From NCBI GenBank assembly GCA_035497855.1, contig DATKAS010000268.1, positions 1-40,906 on the forward strand: a stretch of DNA of 40,906 nt, given 5' to 3'. The translations under genes and the position numbers were made by a program. Positions 1 through 8,256 of the stretch are shown here, piece by piece. This DNA is from Acidimicrobiales bacterium (GTDB lineage: Bacteria > Actinomycetota > Acidimicrobiia > Acidimicrobiales > DATKAS01). Positions within the stretch are counted from its first letter, which is position 1. Each line of letters begins with the position of its first letter. Below the pieces are notes generated by a model. That model had not been told where the DNA came from. It was given only the letters and a program-made list of their open reading frames with translations, and did not search any database.

Positions 1-1
1 C

Positions 2-355
2 AACTGCCAGCACACCCTCCCGTACGTGAAGGCCTGGTACGCGCGTTACAAGGACGACGGGCTCGTAGTGCTCAGCGTGCACTCGCCCGAGCTCGAGTTC
101 GAAGCCGATCCAGCAAATGTGGCGGCCTTCGTCGCCGACCACGGCATCGAGTACCCGGTCGCGCTCGATCCCCACCACACCGTGTGGCGTGCATTCGGCA
201 ACCACTACTGGCCGGCGTTCTACGTCGACGACCGCTCCGGAGAGCGGCGCTACGAGCACTTCGGAGAAGGCCGGTACGACGAGACCGAGGACGTGCTGCG
301 CGAGCTGCTCGGTGTCGATCCGAGCTCCCCGCGGGCCCAGGTGGATCGGGCGTGA
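2..355 (+). CDS. thioredoxin-like/redoxin-domain protein, 5' end cut by the window edge (DipZ/ResA-like C-terminal part)
   Basis: The frame is open from base 2 (NCQHTLPYVKAWY...), so the gene starts upstream of the window. A Cys sits at the window edge where redoxin CxxC motifs occur. The pattern VLSVHSPE.EFE...V..FV...GI.YPVALD....W.AF.N.YWPA.Y is typical of thioredoxin-fold redoxins. Confidence 0.6.
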   Translation, partial: NCQHTLPYVKAWYARYKDDGLVVLSVHSPELEFEADPANVAAFVADHGIEYPVALDPHHTVWRAFGNHYWPAFYVDDRSGERRYEHFGEGRYDETEDVLRELLGVDPSSPRAQVDRA

Positions 356-429
356 TGCGCCTCGACCGACTCGTTCAGCTCACTCCCCGGCGTTGCGTAC
401 GCACGTCGCTCCAGCGAAAGGACCCCCTC

Positions 430-621
430 ATGCACCGTCATCCCAAGCTCATCGCGGGAATGCTCCTCGCCGTCGCGCTGTCCTTCACCGCCGCTGCCTG
501 TGGCGATGACAGCGGCAACTCGAACACCCCACCGGCGCAGGCACCGCCGACGACTGCGGCGATGACCGAGAGCACGGCGATGACCGAGAGCACGGCGATG
601 ACCGACACGACGACTCCCTGA
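430..621 (+). CDS. small lipoprotein (63 aa) with a Met/Thr-rich tandem repeat
   Basis: ATG at 430 is preceded by gaaagga (416-422). The signal peptide MHRHPKLIAGMLLAVALSFTAAAC ends in a lipobox-like AAAC. The mature part carries AMTEST AMTEST AMTDTT. The longer 184..621 ORF has an Arg-rich N-terminus that looks non-coding. Confidence 0.5.
   Translation: MHRHPKLIAGMLLAVALSFTAAACGDDSGNSNTPPAQAPPTTAAMTESTAMTESTAMTDTTTP
558..606 (+). repeat. 18-bp tandem repeat ggcgatgaccgagagcac, 2 perfect copies plus 13 bp of a third
   Basis: Read directly: 558-575 and 576-593 are identical, and 594-606 repeats the first 13 nt with one change at the last base. It is in frame and encodes the (A)MTEST repeats of the mini-lipoprotein. 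Confidence 0.85.
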
Positions 622-624
622 CGT

Positions 625-948
625 TCACCGTCCCCGTCCCAGCCGCACCGCACGCCCGACGAGCTCGCGCACGGCACCCTCGTCGGCTCCCGCAGCGACG
701 AGGGCCTGCACCTTCGTCTCGACCTCCTCGGCCAAGGCTTCGTCCAGCTCGGCCGCCGTGGCCTGGCGAGCCTCCAGCGATCGTGCCGTCGTCGCGACGG
801 CCATGAGCACGATGATCGACACCGCAGTGATGAGGCCGAACGTGACGACGACCCCGTTGTTGTTGTCGGCGATCGACCCGATGATCATCCCGGCGATGCC
901 GACGACACAGATCGCGATGACCGCCCACCGCAGGATCCGCAGCGTCAT
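625..948 (-). CDS. small membrane protein (107 aa, two predicted TM helices plus an acidic/Ala-rich C-terminal helix)
   Basis: Internal Met of ORF 625..1137 (MTLRILRWAVIAICVVGIAGMIIG...VVVTFGLITAVSIIVLMAVA). Its ATG (948-946) overlaps the ettA stop TGA (947-945) as ATGA. The Arg-rich extension upstream lies inside ettA. Confidence 0.55.
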   Translation of the reverse strand: MTLRILRWAVIAICVVGIAGMIIGSIADNNNGVVVTFGLITAVSIIVLMAVATTARSLEARQATAAELDEALAEEVETKVQALVAAGADEGAVRELVGRAVRLGRGR

Positions 949-2621
949 CGAACGAGAGGCTTGTACTTGATGCGATGCGGCGTGTCGGCGTCCGCGCCGA
1001 GCTGCTTGCGCCGGAACGCCTCGTACTCGGTGAAGTTCCCCTCGAACCAGCGCACGTACGAGTCGCCCTCGAACGCGAGCACGTGTGTGGCGACGCGGTC
1101 GAGGAACCAGCGGTCGTGACTGATGACGACGGCGCACCCGGGGAAGGCGTCGAGCGCGTCCTCGAGCGCCCGCAACGTGTCGACGTCGAGGTCGTTGGTC
1201 GGCTCGTCGAGCAACAAGACGTTGCCGCCTGACTTCAGCACCTTGGCGAGGTGGACGCGGTTGCGCTCACCGCCCGACAGCTCGCCGACCTTCTTCTGCT
1301 GATCCGAGCCCTTGAAGTTGAACGACGCGACGTAGGCACGTCCGTGGATCTCTCGGTTGCCGACCTTCATGTGCTCGACGCCTTCGGTGATCTCCTCGTA
1401 CACCGTCTTGTCGGGATCGAGCACGTCGCGTGATTGGTCGACGTACGCGAGCTGCACCGTGTCTCCGAGCTTCACCGCCCCGCTGTCGGGCGCCTCGAGG
1501 CCGGTGAGCATGCGGAACAGCGTCGTCTTGCCCGCGCCGTTCGGACCGATGACGCCGACGATGCCCGCAGGAGGAAGTGAGAACGACAGGTCGTCGATGA
1601 GCAGCCGATCGCCGTACCCCTTCGAGATGTCGCTCACCTCGATGACGGTGTCACCGAGCCGGTTGCCCGGCGGGATCGAGATCTCGAGCTTGTCCCCCGC
1701 CCCGGTGTCGGCCTGCGCCTCCGCGAGGAGCTTTTCGTAGGCGGTGAGCCGCGCCTTGCCCTTCGCCTGGCGCGCCTTCGGAGCCATGCGCACCCAGTCG
1801 AGCTCGCGCTCGAGGGTGCGCTGGCGAGCCGAGCTCTGCTTCTCCTCCGCCGCGAGCCGCGTGCGCTTCTGGTCGAGCCACGAGGAGTAGTTGCCCTCGA
1901 ACGGGATGCCACGGCCGCGATCGAGCTCGAGGATCCAGCGCGCCACGTTGTCGAGGAAGTACCGGTCGTGGGTGACTGCGACCACCGTGCCCGGGTACTC
2001 CTGGAGGAAGCGCTCGAGCCACGCGACCGACTCGGCGTCGAGATGGTTGGTGGGCTCGTCGAGGAGCAACAGGTCAGGACGCGACAGCAACAGCCTGCAC
2101 AGCGCCACCCGCCGTCGTTCGCCGCCCGACAGGACCGACACGTCGGCATCGCCGGGAGGGCACCGCAGCGCGTCCATGGCGATCTCGACGTTGCGCTCGA
2201 CGTCCCAGGCGCCGGCCGCGTTGATCTTGTCCTCGAGCTCGGCCTGCTCGGCCCCGACCTTCTCGAAGTCCGCGTCGGGATCGCCCCACAGCGCGAGCAC
2301 CTCGTTGTAGCGCTCGAGGAGCGCCTTGACCTCGCCCACGCCGTCCATGACATTGCCGAGCACGTCCTTGGAGGCATCGAGCGCCGGCTCCTGCGCCAGA
2401 TGCCCGACGGTGAAGCCCGGTGTGAGCCGCGCCTCGCCGCTGAACCCGTCATCGAGGCCGGCCATGATCCGCAGGAGGGAGGACTTGCCCGAGCCGTTCG
2501 CGCCGAGCACCCCGATCTTGGCCCCCGGGTAGAACGAGAGGCTGATGTCCGCGAGAACCTGGCGGTCGGGCGGGTAGAAGCGGCCGAGCTTGTAGGTGGT
2601 GAAGATGAACTGCGGCGCCAT
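945..2621 (-). CDS. ettA: energy-dependent translational throttle protein EttA (ABC-F ATPase)
   Basis: 558 aa. N-terminus MAPQFIFTTYKLGRFYPPDRQVL. Two Walker A motifs (GANGSGKS, GPNGAGKT) and two ABC signatures (LSGGERRR, LSGGERNR). No TM domain. Length and layout match EttA. Confidence 0.93.
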   Translation of the reverse strand: MAPQFIFTTYKLGRFYPPDRQVLADISLSFYPGAKIGVLGANGSGKSSLLRIMAGLDDGFSGEARLTPGFTVGHLAQEPALDASKDVLGNVMDGVGEVKALLERYNEVLALWGDPDADFEKVGAEQAELEDKINAAGAWDVERNVEIAMDALRCPPGDADVSVLSGGERRRVALCRLLLSRPDLLLLDEPTNHLDAESVAWLERFLQEYPGTVVAVTHDRYFLDNVARWILELDRGRGIPFEGNYSSWLDQKRTRLAAEEKQSSARQRTLERELDWVRMAPKARQAKGKARLTAYEKLLAEAQADTGAGDKLEISIPPGNRLGDTVIEVSDISKGYGDRLLIDDLSFSLPPAGIVGVIGPNGAGKTTLFRMLTGLEAPDSGAVKLGDTVQLAYVDQSRDVLDPDKTVYEEITEGVEHMKVGNREIHGRAYVASFNFKGSDQQKKVGELSGGERNRVHLAKVLKSGGNVLLLDEPTNDLDVDTLRALEDALDAFPGCAVVISHDRWFLDRVATHVLAFEGDSYVRWFEGNFTEYEAFRRKQLGADADTPHRIKYKPLVR

Positions 2622-2723
2622 GACGCTGTGACGCTACCGAGCCGGGACGCTCCAGATGCGTGAGCAGATGCGACGTCAGTGCTACGTTCCGCCCGTTCGG
2701 CCGTGGACCCTCGGGGGGATGCC

Positions 2724-3473
2724 ATGTATGCACTCGAGCTGCTCGATCGAGCGGGCCTCGCGTTCACATCACGGTGGCTGCACATCCTGATGGGCATCAC
2801 CTGGATCGGGTTGCTGTACTACTTCAACCTCGTCCAGGTGCCCGCCTTTGCAGAGATGAGCGCCGGCTCGCGCACCGAGGCGATCGAGGTCCTCGCGAAA
2901 CGAGCGTTGTGGTGGTTCCGATGGGCTGCCGTCGCGACCGTGCTCACCGGTCTGCTCATCATGGGCTTCACGAAGGACTACTTCACCGACTTCGGCAAGA
3001 GCAACGTCGGCGTGTCGATCTCCACCGGCGTGCTCATGGCGCTGATCATGTTCGTGAACGTGTGGGGCGTCATCTGGCGGAACCAGAAGATCGTGATCGC
3101 GTCGGCCGCGCAGGTGCGGGCGGGCGGCGAGGCACTGCCAGAGGCCGCAGCAGCGGGGCGCCGTGCGTTCATGGCCTCACGCCAGAACGTCCTCTTCTCG
3201 TTCACGATGGTCTGGTTCATGACGTTCACGACGCACTACTCGGGCTTCTACGACGTGAGCAGCGGCGGCAAGCGCGGCGTCTACTGGGCGATCACCATCA
3301 TCCTCGTCGGGGCGCTCGAAGCGAACGCTCTGGGTGTGATCGGTGGTGGCTTCAAGCCGGCGAAGGAAGCGCCGACGAACTGGCCCTACGAGACCGTGCG
3401 CAACGTGCTGATCTCCGGCTTCGTGCTCTGGGCGATCTTCTGGCTGATGTGGGAGATCCTGTTCGCCCCGTGA
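2724..3473 (+). CDS. polytopic membrane protein resembling the N-terminal membrane domain of urate hydroxylase PuuD (Urate_ox_N-like)
   Basis: ATG at 2724 is preceded by gggggga. The motif RWLHILMGITWIGLLYYFNLVQ resembles the W.H....I.WIG..FYF signature of PuuD-type membrane domains. About 6 hydrophobic segments. No cytochrome c domain in this ORF. Alternative start at 2679. Confidence 0.5.
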   Translation: MYALELLDRAGLAFTSRWLHILMGITWIGLLYYFNLVQVPAFAEMSAGSRTEAIEVLAKRALWWFRWAAVATVLTGLLIMGFTKDYFTDFGKSNVGVSISTGVLMALIMFVNVWGVIWRNQKIVIASAAQVRAGGEALPEAAAAGRRAFMASRQNVLFSFTMVWFMTFTTHYSGFYDVSSGGKRGVYWAITIILVGALEANALGVIGGGFKPAKEAPTNWPYETVRNVLISGFVLWAIFWLMWEILFAP

Positions 3474-3474
3474 G

Positions 3475-3891
3475 CTATGCCAGCGACTTGATGTAGGCCA
3501 GCAGCTCGTCCTGCTCCTTCGGCGACAGGTTGAAGTGCGGCATCACGTTGCCGAACCCCTTCACGATCTTCGCCCCAGGGTCGGTCATCGACTCCTTGAT
3601 GTAGGTGTCGTCGGCGGTGACCGTCGTGCCGTCGTCGAGGGTGACCTGGCTGCCGTAGAGCCCCTTCCACGTCGGGCCGGTGCCCGGCGCGCCACTCGCG
3701 CTGTGACAGCTCGGGCAACCACGGTCGTGCGCAAGTGCCTTGCCTGCCGCGATCTGATCCGCGGACGCACCTCCGCCGGTGCCGGAGGACGAACCCGATC
3801 CCGAGTCGTCGCCACCGCACGCCGCGAGCACGCCCGTGAGGATGAAGACAGGGACGAGGGCGGGGACGACCGCGCGGAGGGCTCGTTTCAC
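3475..3891 (-). CDS. class I cytochrome c lipoprotein
   Basis: GTG start at 3891. Signal peptide plus lipobox (VLAACGGDD), a Gly/Ser linker, a single heme motif CPSCH, and a distal Met region (GFGNVMP). GPTWKGLYG...ADD.YIKESM.DP...IV resembles the cytochrome c domain of caa3-type oxidase subunit II. Confidence 0.8.
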   Translation of the reverse strand: MKRALRAVVPALVPVFILTGVLAACGGDDSGSGSSSGTGGGASADQIAAGKALAHDRGCPSCHSASGAPGTGPTWKGLYGSQVTLDDGTTVTADDTYIKESMTDPGAKIVKGFGNVMPHFNLSPKEQDELLAYIKSLA

Positions 3892-3936
3892 GGCGGGTCA
3901 ACCTACTGTCCACTCGGTCGAAACAGGGCCCACCGG

Positions 3937-3942
3937 TAGCAT
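3937..3942 (+). promoter_or_regulatory. candidate -10 hexamer TAGCAT, 6 nt upstream of the kgd GTG (leaderless-type)
   Basis: tagcat-cgaaac-GTG read directly. There is no Shine-Dalgarno sequence between it and the start. Only 57 bp separate kgd from the divergent cytochrome c gene. Confidence 0.35.
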
Positions 3943-3948
3943 CGAAAC

Positions 3949-6900
3949 GTGGCCGACGCGCAACCGCAACAGCAGCAACCGGACCAGTTCGGCACGAACG
4001 CGTGGCTCGTCGACGAGATGTACGAGAAGTTCCGCGCCGACCCTTCCTCCGTGAACGAAGCCTGGCGGGAGTTCTTCGCCGACTACAAGCCAGGCGTCGT
4101 CGCAGTCGCGCCTGGTCCGGCGCCGGCTCCCGTCGCGCCTGTCGCCGCGCCGCCCGCACCCGCGCCGGCCCCGGCCGCGCCGGTGGCGCAGCCCGCCTCG
4201 GCCGAGCTCGGCGACCCGATCCGCGGCGCGGGCGCGGTGATCGTCTCGAACATGGAGGCGAGCCTGGGCGTGCCCACGGCCACGAGCTTCCGTGTCGTCC
4301 CTGCGAAGCTCCTCGAGGTCAACCGCAGTGTGATCAACGGCTATCTCGCTCGCACGCGCGGCGGAAAGGTGAGCTTCACCCACCTCATCGGCTACGCAGT
4401 GGTGCGGGCGATCGCGGACGACGTGCGGGTCATGAACTCGACGTTCGTCGACGGCCCGGACGGCAAGCCACGGGTCATCCATCACGACCACGTGAACCTC
4501 GGCCTCGCCGTCGACGTCGAGAAGTCCGACGGCAGCCGCACCCTCGTGGTGCCGGTCGTCAAGGCGGCAGAAGCGATGTCGTTCGCCGAGTTCGTGGCCG
4601 CGTACGAAGACCTCATCCGCAAGGTGCGCACGAACAAGCTCACCGTCGAGGACTTCCAGGGCGCCACGATCACGCTGACGAACCCCGGCACCATCGGCAC
4701 GGTGCAGTCCGTGCCACGGCTCATGCCCGGCCAGGGCGTCATCGTCGGCGTCGGCTCCATCGACTTCCCGGCGGAGTACCAGGCCGCTGACGAGCGCACG
4801 CTCGCCGACCTCGGCGTGTCGAAGGTCGTCACGATCACGTCGACGTACGACCACCGCATCATCCAAGGTGCGGAGTCGGGCATGTTCCTCAAGCGCGTGC
4901 ACGAGCTGCTGATGGGCGAGGGGAGCTTCTACGATGCGGCGTTCACGTCGCTCGGCGTCCCGTACGAGGCCGTGCGGTGGCGCAGGGACGTGAACCCCGC
5001 CGACCACGAGGATGCGCGCCTCGTCAAGCAGATGATGGTCGCGACGCTCATCCGCGTGTACCGCGTGCGTGGCCACCTCATCGCCGATCTCGATCCGTTG
5101 AAGTGGAAGGCCCCGCGGATGGAGCCCGAGCTCGACCCCGCGACCTATGGCCTCACCATCTGGGACCTCGAGCGCGAGTTCCTCACCGGTGGCCTCGGTG
5201 GCGTCGAGCAGCTCGAGCTCGGCGAGATCCTGCGCATCCTCCGCGACGCGTATTGCCGCACCATCGGCATCGAGTACATGCACATCCAGGACACGGCCGA
5301 GCAGAGGTGGATCCAGGAGCAAGTCGAGGGCGTGCGATTCGCGCTCAGCCACGAGGAGCAGCTCCATCTGCTGTCGCGCCTGAACGCTGCCGAGGCGTTC
5401 GAGAAGTTCCTCGCGACGAAGTATGTGGGCCAGAAGCGATTCGGCCTCGAAGGTGCCGAGTCGGCTATTGCCATCCTCGACTCGATCCTGTCGTCGGCCG
5501 CCGACGAGGGCCTCGACGGCATCGTGCTCGGCATGCCGCACCGCGGCCGGCTCAACGTCCTCGCCAACATCGTGGGGAAGTCGTACGACCAGATCTTCAA
5601 GGAGTTCGAGGGCTACGTCGACCCGTCCTCCATGCAGGGCTCGGGCGACGTGAAGTACCACCTCGGCGCGACCGGCAAGTTCGTGAGCCCGTCCGGCGCG
5701 GACATCAAGGTCGAGCTCGCCGCCAACCCGTCGCACCTCGAAGCCGTCGACCCCGTCGTCGGCGGCATGGCGCGCGCGAGGCAAGACCTCATCGATCGCC
5801 CTGGCTCGTACTCGGTGCTGCCGATCCTGATGCACGGCGACGCCGCGTTCGCCGGGCAGGGAGTCGTAGCCGAGTGCCTCAACATGAGCGACATCACGGG
5901 CTACCGGGTGGGCGGCACGATCCACCTCGTGGTGAACAACCAGCTCGGCTTCACCACAGCGCCCGAGCATGCGCGCTCGTCGCAGTACGCGACCGATGTG
6001 GCCAAGATGATCCAGGCGCCGATCTTCCACGTGAACGGGGACGACCCCGAGGCGTGCCTACGGGTCGCGCGCCTCGCCTACGCGTTCCGGCAGACGTTCC
6101 ACAAAGACGTCGTGATCGACATGGTGTGCTACCGGCGCCACGGGCACAACGAAGGCGACGACCCGAGCTACACGCAGCCCGTCATGTACAAGCTCATCGA
6201 CGAGCGCCGCTCGGTGCGAAAGCTCTACACCGAGGCGCTCGTGAAGCGCGGTGAGCTCACCCTCGACGAGGCCGAGCAAGCACTCGACGACTTCCAGCGC
6301 CGCCTCCAGGTCGCGCTCGACGAGACGCGGCAGTCGGCGCCGCCGAAGGGCACGAAGGCCGCGCGCCCTCCCGCTCCGCTCGGGGTGCTACCGCACATCC
6401 CGACGGGAGTCGATCGAGACACGCTCGATCGGGTGTTCGCCGGGCTCACGTCCGTGCCCCAGGGGTTCACGATCCATCCCAAGCTCGCGAAGCAGTTCGA
6501 GACGCGCACCCAGCTCTACGAGGAAGGCCACGTCGAGTGGGCCACCGCCGAAGGGCTCGCGCTCGGCTCGTTGCTGCTCGACGGCACCGACGTGCGCTTC
6601 ACCGGTGAAGACACGCAGCGCGGCACCTTCAGCCAGCGCCATGCCGCGTTGGTCGACTACCACACCGGATGGACGTACGTGCCGCTCGCTTCGCTCGACG
6701 AGAGCCAGGGGAAGCTCTGGATCTACGACTCGCTGCTGTCCGAGTACGCGGCAGTCGGGTTCGAGTACGGCTACTCGGTCGTGCACAAGGAGGCCCTCGT
6801 CGCGTGGGAGGCGCAGTTCGGCGACTTCGTGAACGGCGCCCAGATCATCATCGACCAGTTCCTCGTGGCGGCCGAAGACAAGTGGCAGCAGACGTCCGGG

Positions 6901-7560
6901 CTGGTGATGCTGCTGCCGCACGGCTACGAGGGGCAAGGTCCTGAGCACTCGTCGGCTCGCATCGAGCGGTTCCTCACGATGTGCGCAGAGGACAACATCC
7001 AGGTCGTCAACGCCACGACGCCGGCGCAGTACTTCCATCTGCTTCGCCGCCAGGTGATGCGGGAGATCCGCAAGCCACTCGTCGTGTTCACGCCCAAGTC
7101 GCTGCTGCGAGCGAAGCAGGCACGGTCGTCGATCGACGAGCTCACGCACGGCTCGTTCCAAGAGGTGCTCGACGACCCGACGATCGCCGATCCGTCTGCA
7201 GTGACGCGGATCATCTTCTGCTCGGGAAAGGTCGCGTACGACGCGATCGGTCGGCGTGACGAGATCGACGCGCCGGTCGCGGTGGTGCGGGTCGAGCAGC
7301 TCTACCCCTTCCCGCGTGACCAGCTCGTCGACATCCTCCGTCGATACGAGCAGGCACGCGAGGTGGTGTGGTTGCAGGAGGAGCCCGAGAACATGGGCCC
7401 ATGGCGGTTCATGTACGACCGCAGCCACGAGATCGAGAACGCCGGCTACAAGGTGCGGCAGGTGTGCCGCATCGAGTCGGGCAGCCCAGCGACCGGTTCA
7501 GGCGTCATCCATGCCCAAGAGCTGACCGACCTGCTCGACGAAGCCTTCGCGGGGCTCTGA
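3949..7560 (+). CDS. kgd: multifunctional 2-oxoglutarate dehydrogenase/decarboxylase E1 with fused E2-type succinyltransferase domain (Kgd/OdhA type)
   Basis: 1203 aa. N-terminus FGTNAWLVDEMYEKF, then a Pro/Ala linker, then an acyltransferase catalytic motif (STYDHRIIQGAESG). This is followed by an E1o body with the ThDP motif GDAAFAGQGVV and typical SucA blocks (HGHNEGDDPS, LLPHGYEGQGPEHSS). Confidence 0.93.
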   Translation: MADAQPQQQQPDQFGTNAWLVDEMYEKFRADPSSVNEAWREFFADYKPGVVAVAPGPAPAPVAPVAAPPAPAPAPAAPVAQPASAELGDPIRGAGAVIVSNMEASLGVPTATSFRVVPAKLLEVNRSVINGYLARTRGGKVSFTHLIGYAVVRAIADDVRVMNSTFVDGPDGKPRVIHHDHVNLGLAVDVEKSDGSRTLVVPVVKAAEAMSFAEFVAAYEDLIRKVRTNKLTVEDFQGATITLTNPGTIGTVQSVPRLMPGQGVIVGVGSIDFPAEYQAADERTLADLGVSKVVTITSTYDHRIIQGAESGMFLKRVHELLMGEGSFYDAAFTSLGVPYEAVRWRRDVNPADHEDARLVKQMMVATLIRVYRVRGHLIADLDPLKWKAPRMEPELDPATYGLTIWDLEREFLTGGLGGVEQLELGEILRILRDAYCRTIGIEYMHIQDTAEQRWIQEQVEGVRFALSHEEQLHLLSRLNAAEAFEKFLATKYVGQKRFGLEGAESAIAILDSILSSAADEGLDGIVLGMPHRGRLNVLANIVGKSYDQIFKEFEGYVDPSSMQGSGDVKYHLGATGKFVSPSGADIKVELAANPSHLEAVDPVVGGMARARQDLIDRPGSYSVLPILMHGDAAFAGQGVVAECLNMSDITGYRVGGTIHLVVNNQLGFTTAPEHARSSQYATDVAKMIQAPIFHVNGDDPEACLRVARLAYAFRQTFHKDVVIDMVCYRRHGHNEGDDPSYTQPVMYKLIDERRSVRKLYTEALVKRGELTLDEAEQALDDFQRRLQVALDETRQSAPPKGTKAARPPAPLGVLPHIPTGVDRDTLDRVFAGLTSVPQGFTIHPKLAKQFETRTQLYEEGHVEWATAEGLALGSLLLDGTDVRFTGEDTQRGTFSQRHAALVDYHTGWTYVPLASLDESQGKLWIYDSLLSEYAAVGFEYGYSVVHKEALVAWEAQFGDFVNGAQIIIDQFLVAAEDKWQQTSGLVMLLPHGYEGQGPEHSSARIERFLTMCAEDNIQVVNATTPAQYFHLLRRQVMREIRKPLVVFTPKSLLRAKQARSSIDELTHGSFQEVLDDPTIADPSAVTRIIFCSGKVAYDAIGRRDEIDAPVAVVRVEQLYPFPRDQLVDILRRYEQAREVVWLQEEPENMGPWRFMYDRSHEIENAGYKVRQVCRIESGSPATGSGVIHAQELTDLLDEAFAGL

Positions 7561-7562
7561 CC

Positions 7563-7614
7563 GACCGTTTGCTCACTGCACCACGTCTCAGGTGGGTCGA
7601 GTGAGCAAACGGTC
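7563..7614. terminator. perfect 15-bp inverted repeat (gaccgtttgctcact / agtgagcaaacggtc) between convergent kgd and the HAD gene; candidate bidirectional terminator
   Basis: Arms at 7563-7577 and 7600-7614 with a 22-nt loop. It starts 3 nt after the kgd stop and overlaps the stop of the convergent gene. There is no U-tract, so termination is inferred only from position. Confidence 0.45.
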
Positions 7615-8251
7615 AGGACAGCGGGAAGCCGACGACGGCTTCGAGATCGGCGATCGCTTGGGGCGCGTTCAGCACCTTGATGGTCGTCATGCCCATCGCC
7701 TTCGCGGGCTTGAGGTTGATGCCGAGGTCGTCGAGGAACACGCACTCCTCGGGCTTCACGTCGAGCAGCTCGCACGCCATCTCGTAGAAGCGACGATCGG
7801 GCTTGCGGACGCCGACCTTGCTCGACTCGACGACGACGTGGAACAGCGACATCACGTCGGCCATCTGCTGTTCGCGATCGACGTGCCCGGGCGTGGTGAT
7901 GAAGTTGTTGGTGAGGCAGGCAGTCTTCAGCCGCGCCGCGCAGCGCCGCACCGCCTCGACCATCTCGGGTCGAAGGTCTCCGGCGAGGGCCTCGAGGACG
8001 CGACTGCCCTCGATCGTGTGGCCCGCCGCTGCGGCTTCGGCTTCGTACAGCGCGCAGAACTCGTCGATCGTCACCTCGCTGCGCTCGAGCTGCGCCCACG
8101 CGTTGGTGTCGGGATTGGTGGAGTTGAGCGTACGGAGGAGGCCGTCGGGCACGCCGGCTTCGGCCTCGTAGCGGGAGAACGCCTCGAACGGGCTCGTCAG
8201 CACGACGCCACCGAAGTCGAACAGCACGGCTTCGATCACTCCATCAGTCAA
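7613..8251 (-). CDS. HAD-superfamily hydrolase (subfamily IA, epoxide-hydrolase-N-terminal-like phosphatase)
   Basis: Motif I is LFDFGGVV, and the motif IV region is VFLDDLGINL. The C-terminal half of ORF 7613..8740 looks like a clean globular protein. The start is uncertain: in-frame TTG at 8251 or GTG at 8239, with no ATG. It lies 5 nt downstream of the peptidase stop. Confidence 0.7.
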   Translation of the reverse strand: MTDGVIEAVLFDFGGVVLTSPFEAFSRYEAEAGVPDGLLRTLNSTNPDTNAWAQLERSEVTIDEFCALYEAEAAAAGHTIEGSRVLEALAGDLRPEMVEAVRRCAARLKTACLTNNFITTPGHVDREQQMADVMSLFHVVVESSKVGVRKPDRRFYEMACELLDVKPEECVFLDDLGINLKPAKAMGMTTIKVLNAPQAIADLEAVVGFPLS

Positions 8252-8256
8252 CGACG

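Noticed and set aside
184-621. The 145-aa ORF as the real gene for the lipoprotein region
   Set aside because: Its N-terminal 80 aa are Arg-rich and overlap the redoxin gene in another frame. The internal ATG at 430 has an SD sequence and starts a proper lipoprotein signal peptide.
3898-6030. 710-aa ORF on the minus strand opposite kgd. Similar long antisense ORFs are listed at 36389..38791, 17211..19139, 23081..25018, 19258..21198 (5' part), 12099..13940 and 32775..34448.
   Set aside because: These are Arg/Ala/Gly/Pro-rich low-complexity translations lying antisense to genes with unmistakable family motifs. They are the usual stop-codon-poor shadow frames of high-GC DNA, and none has a recognisable domain.
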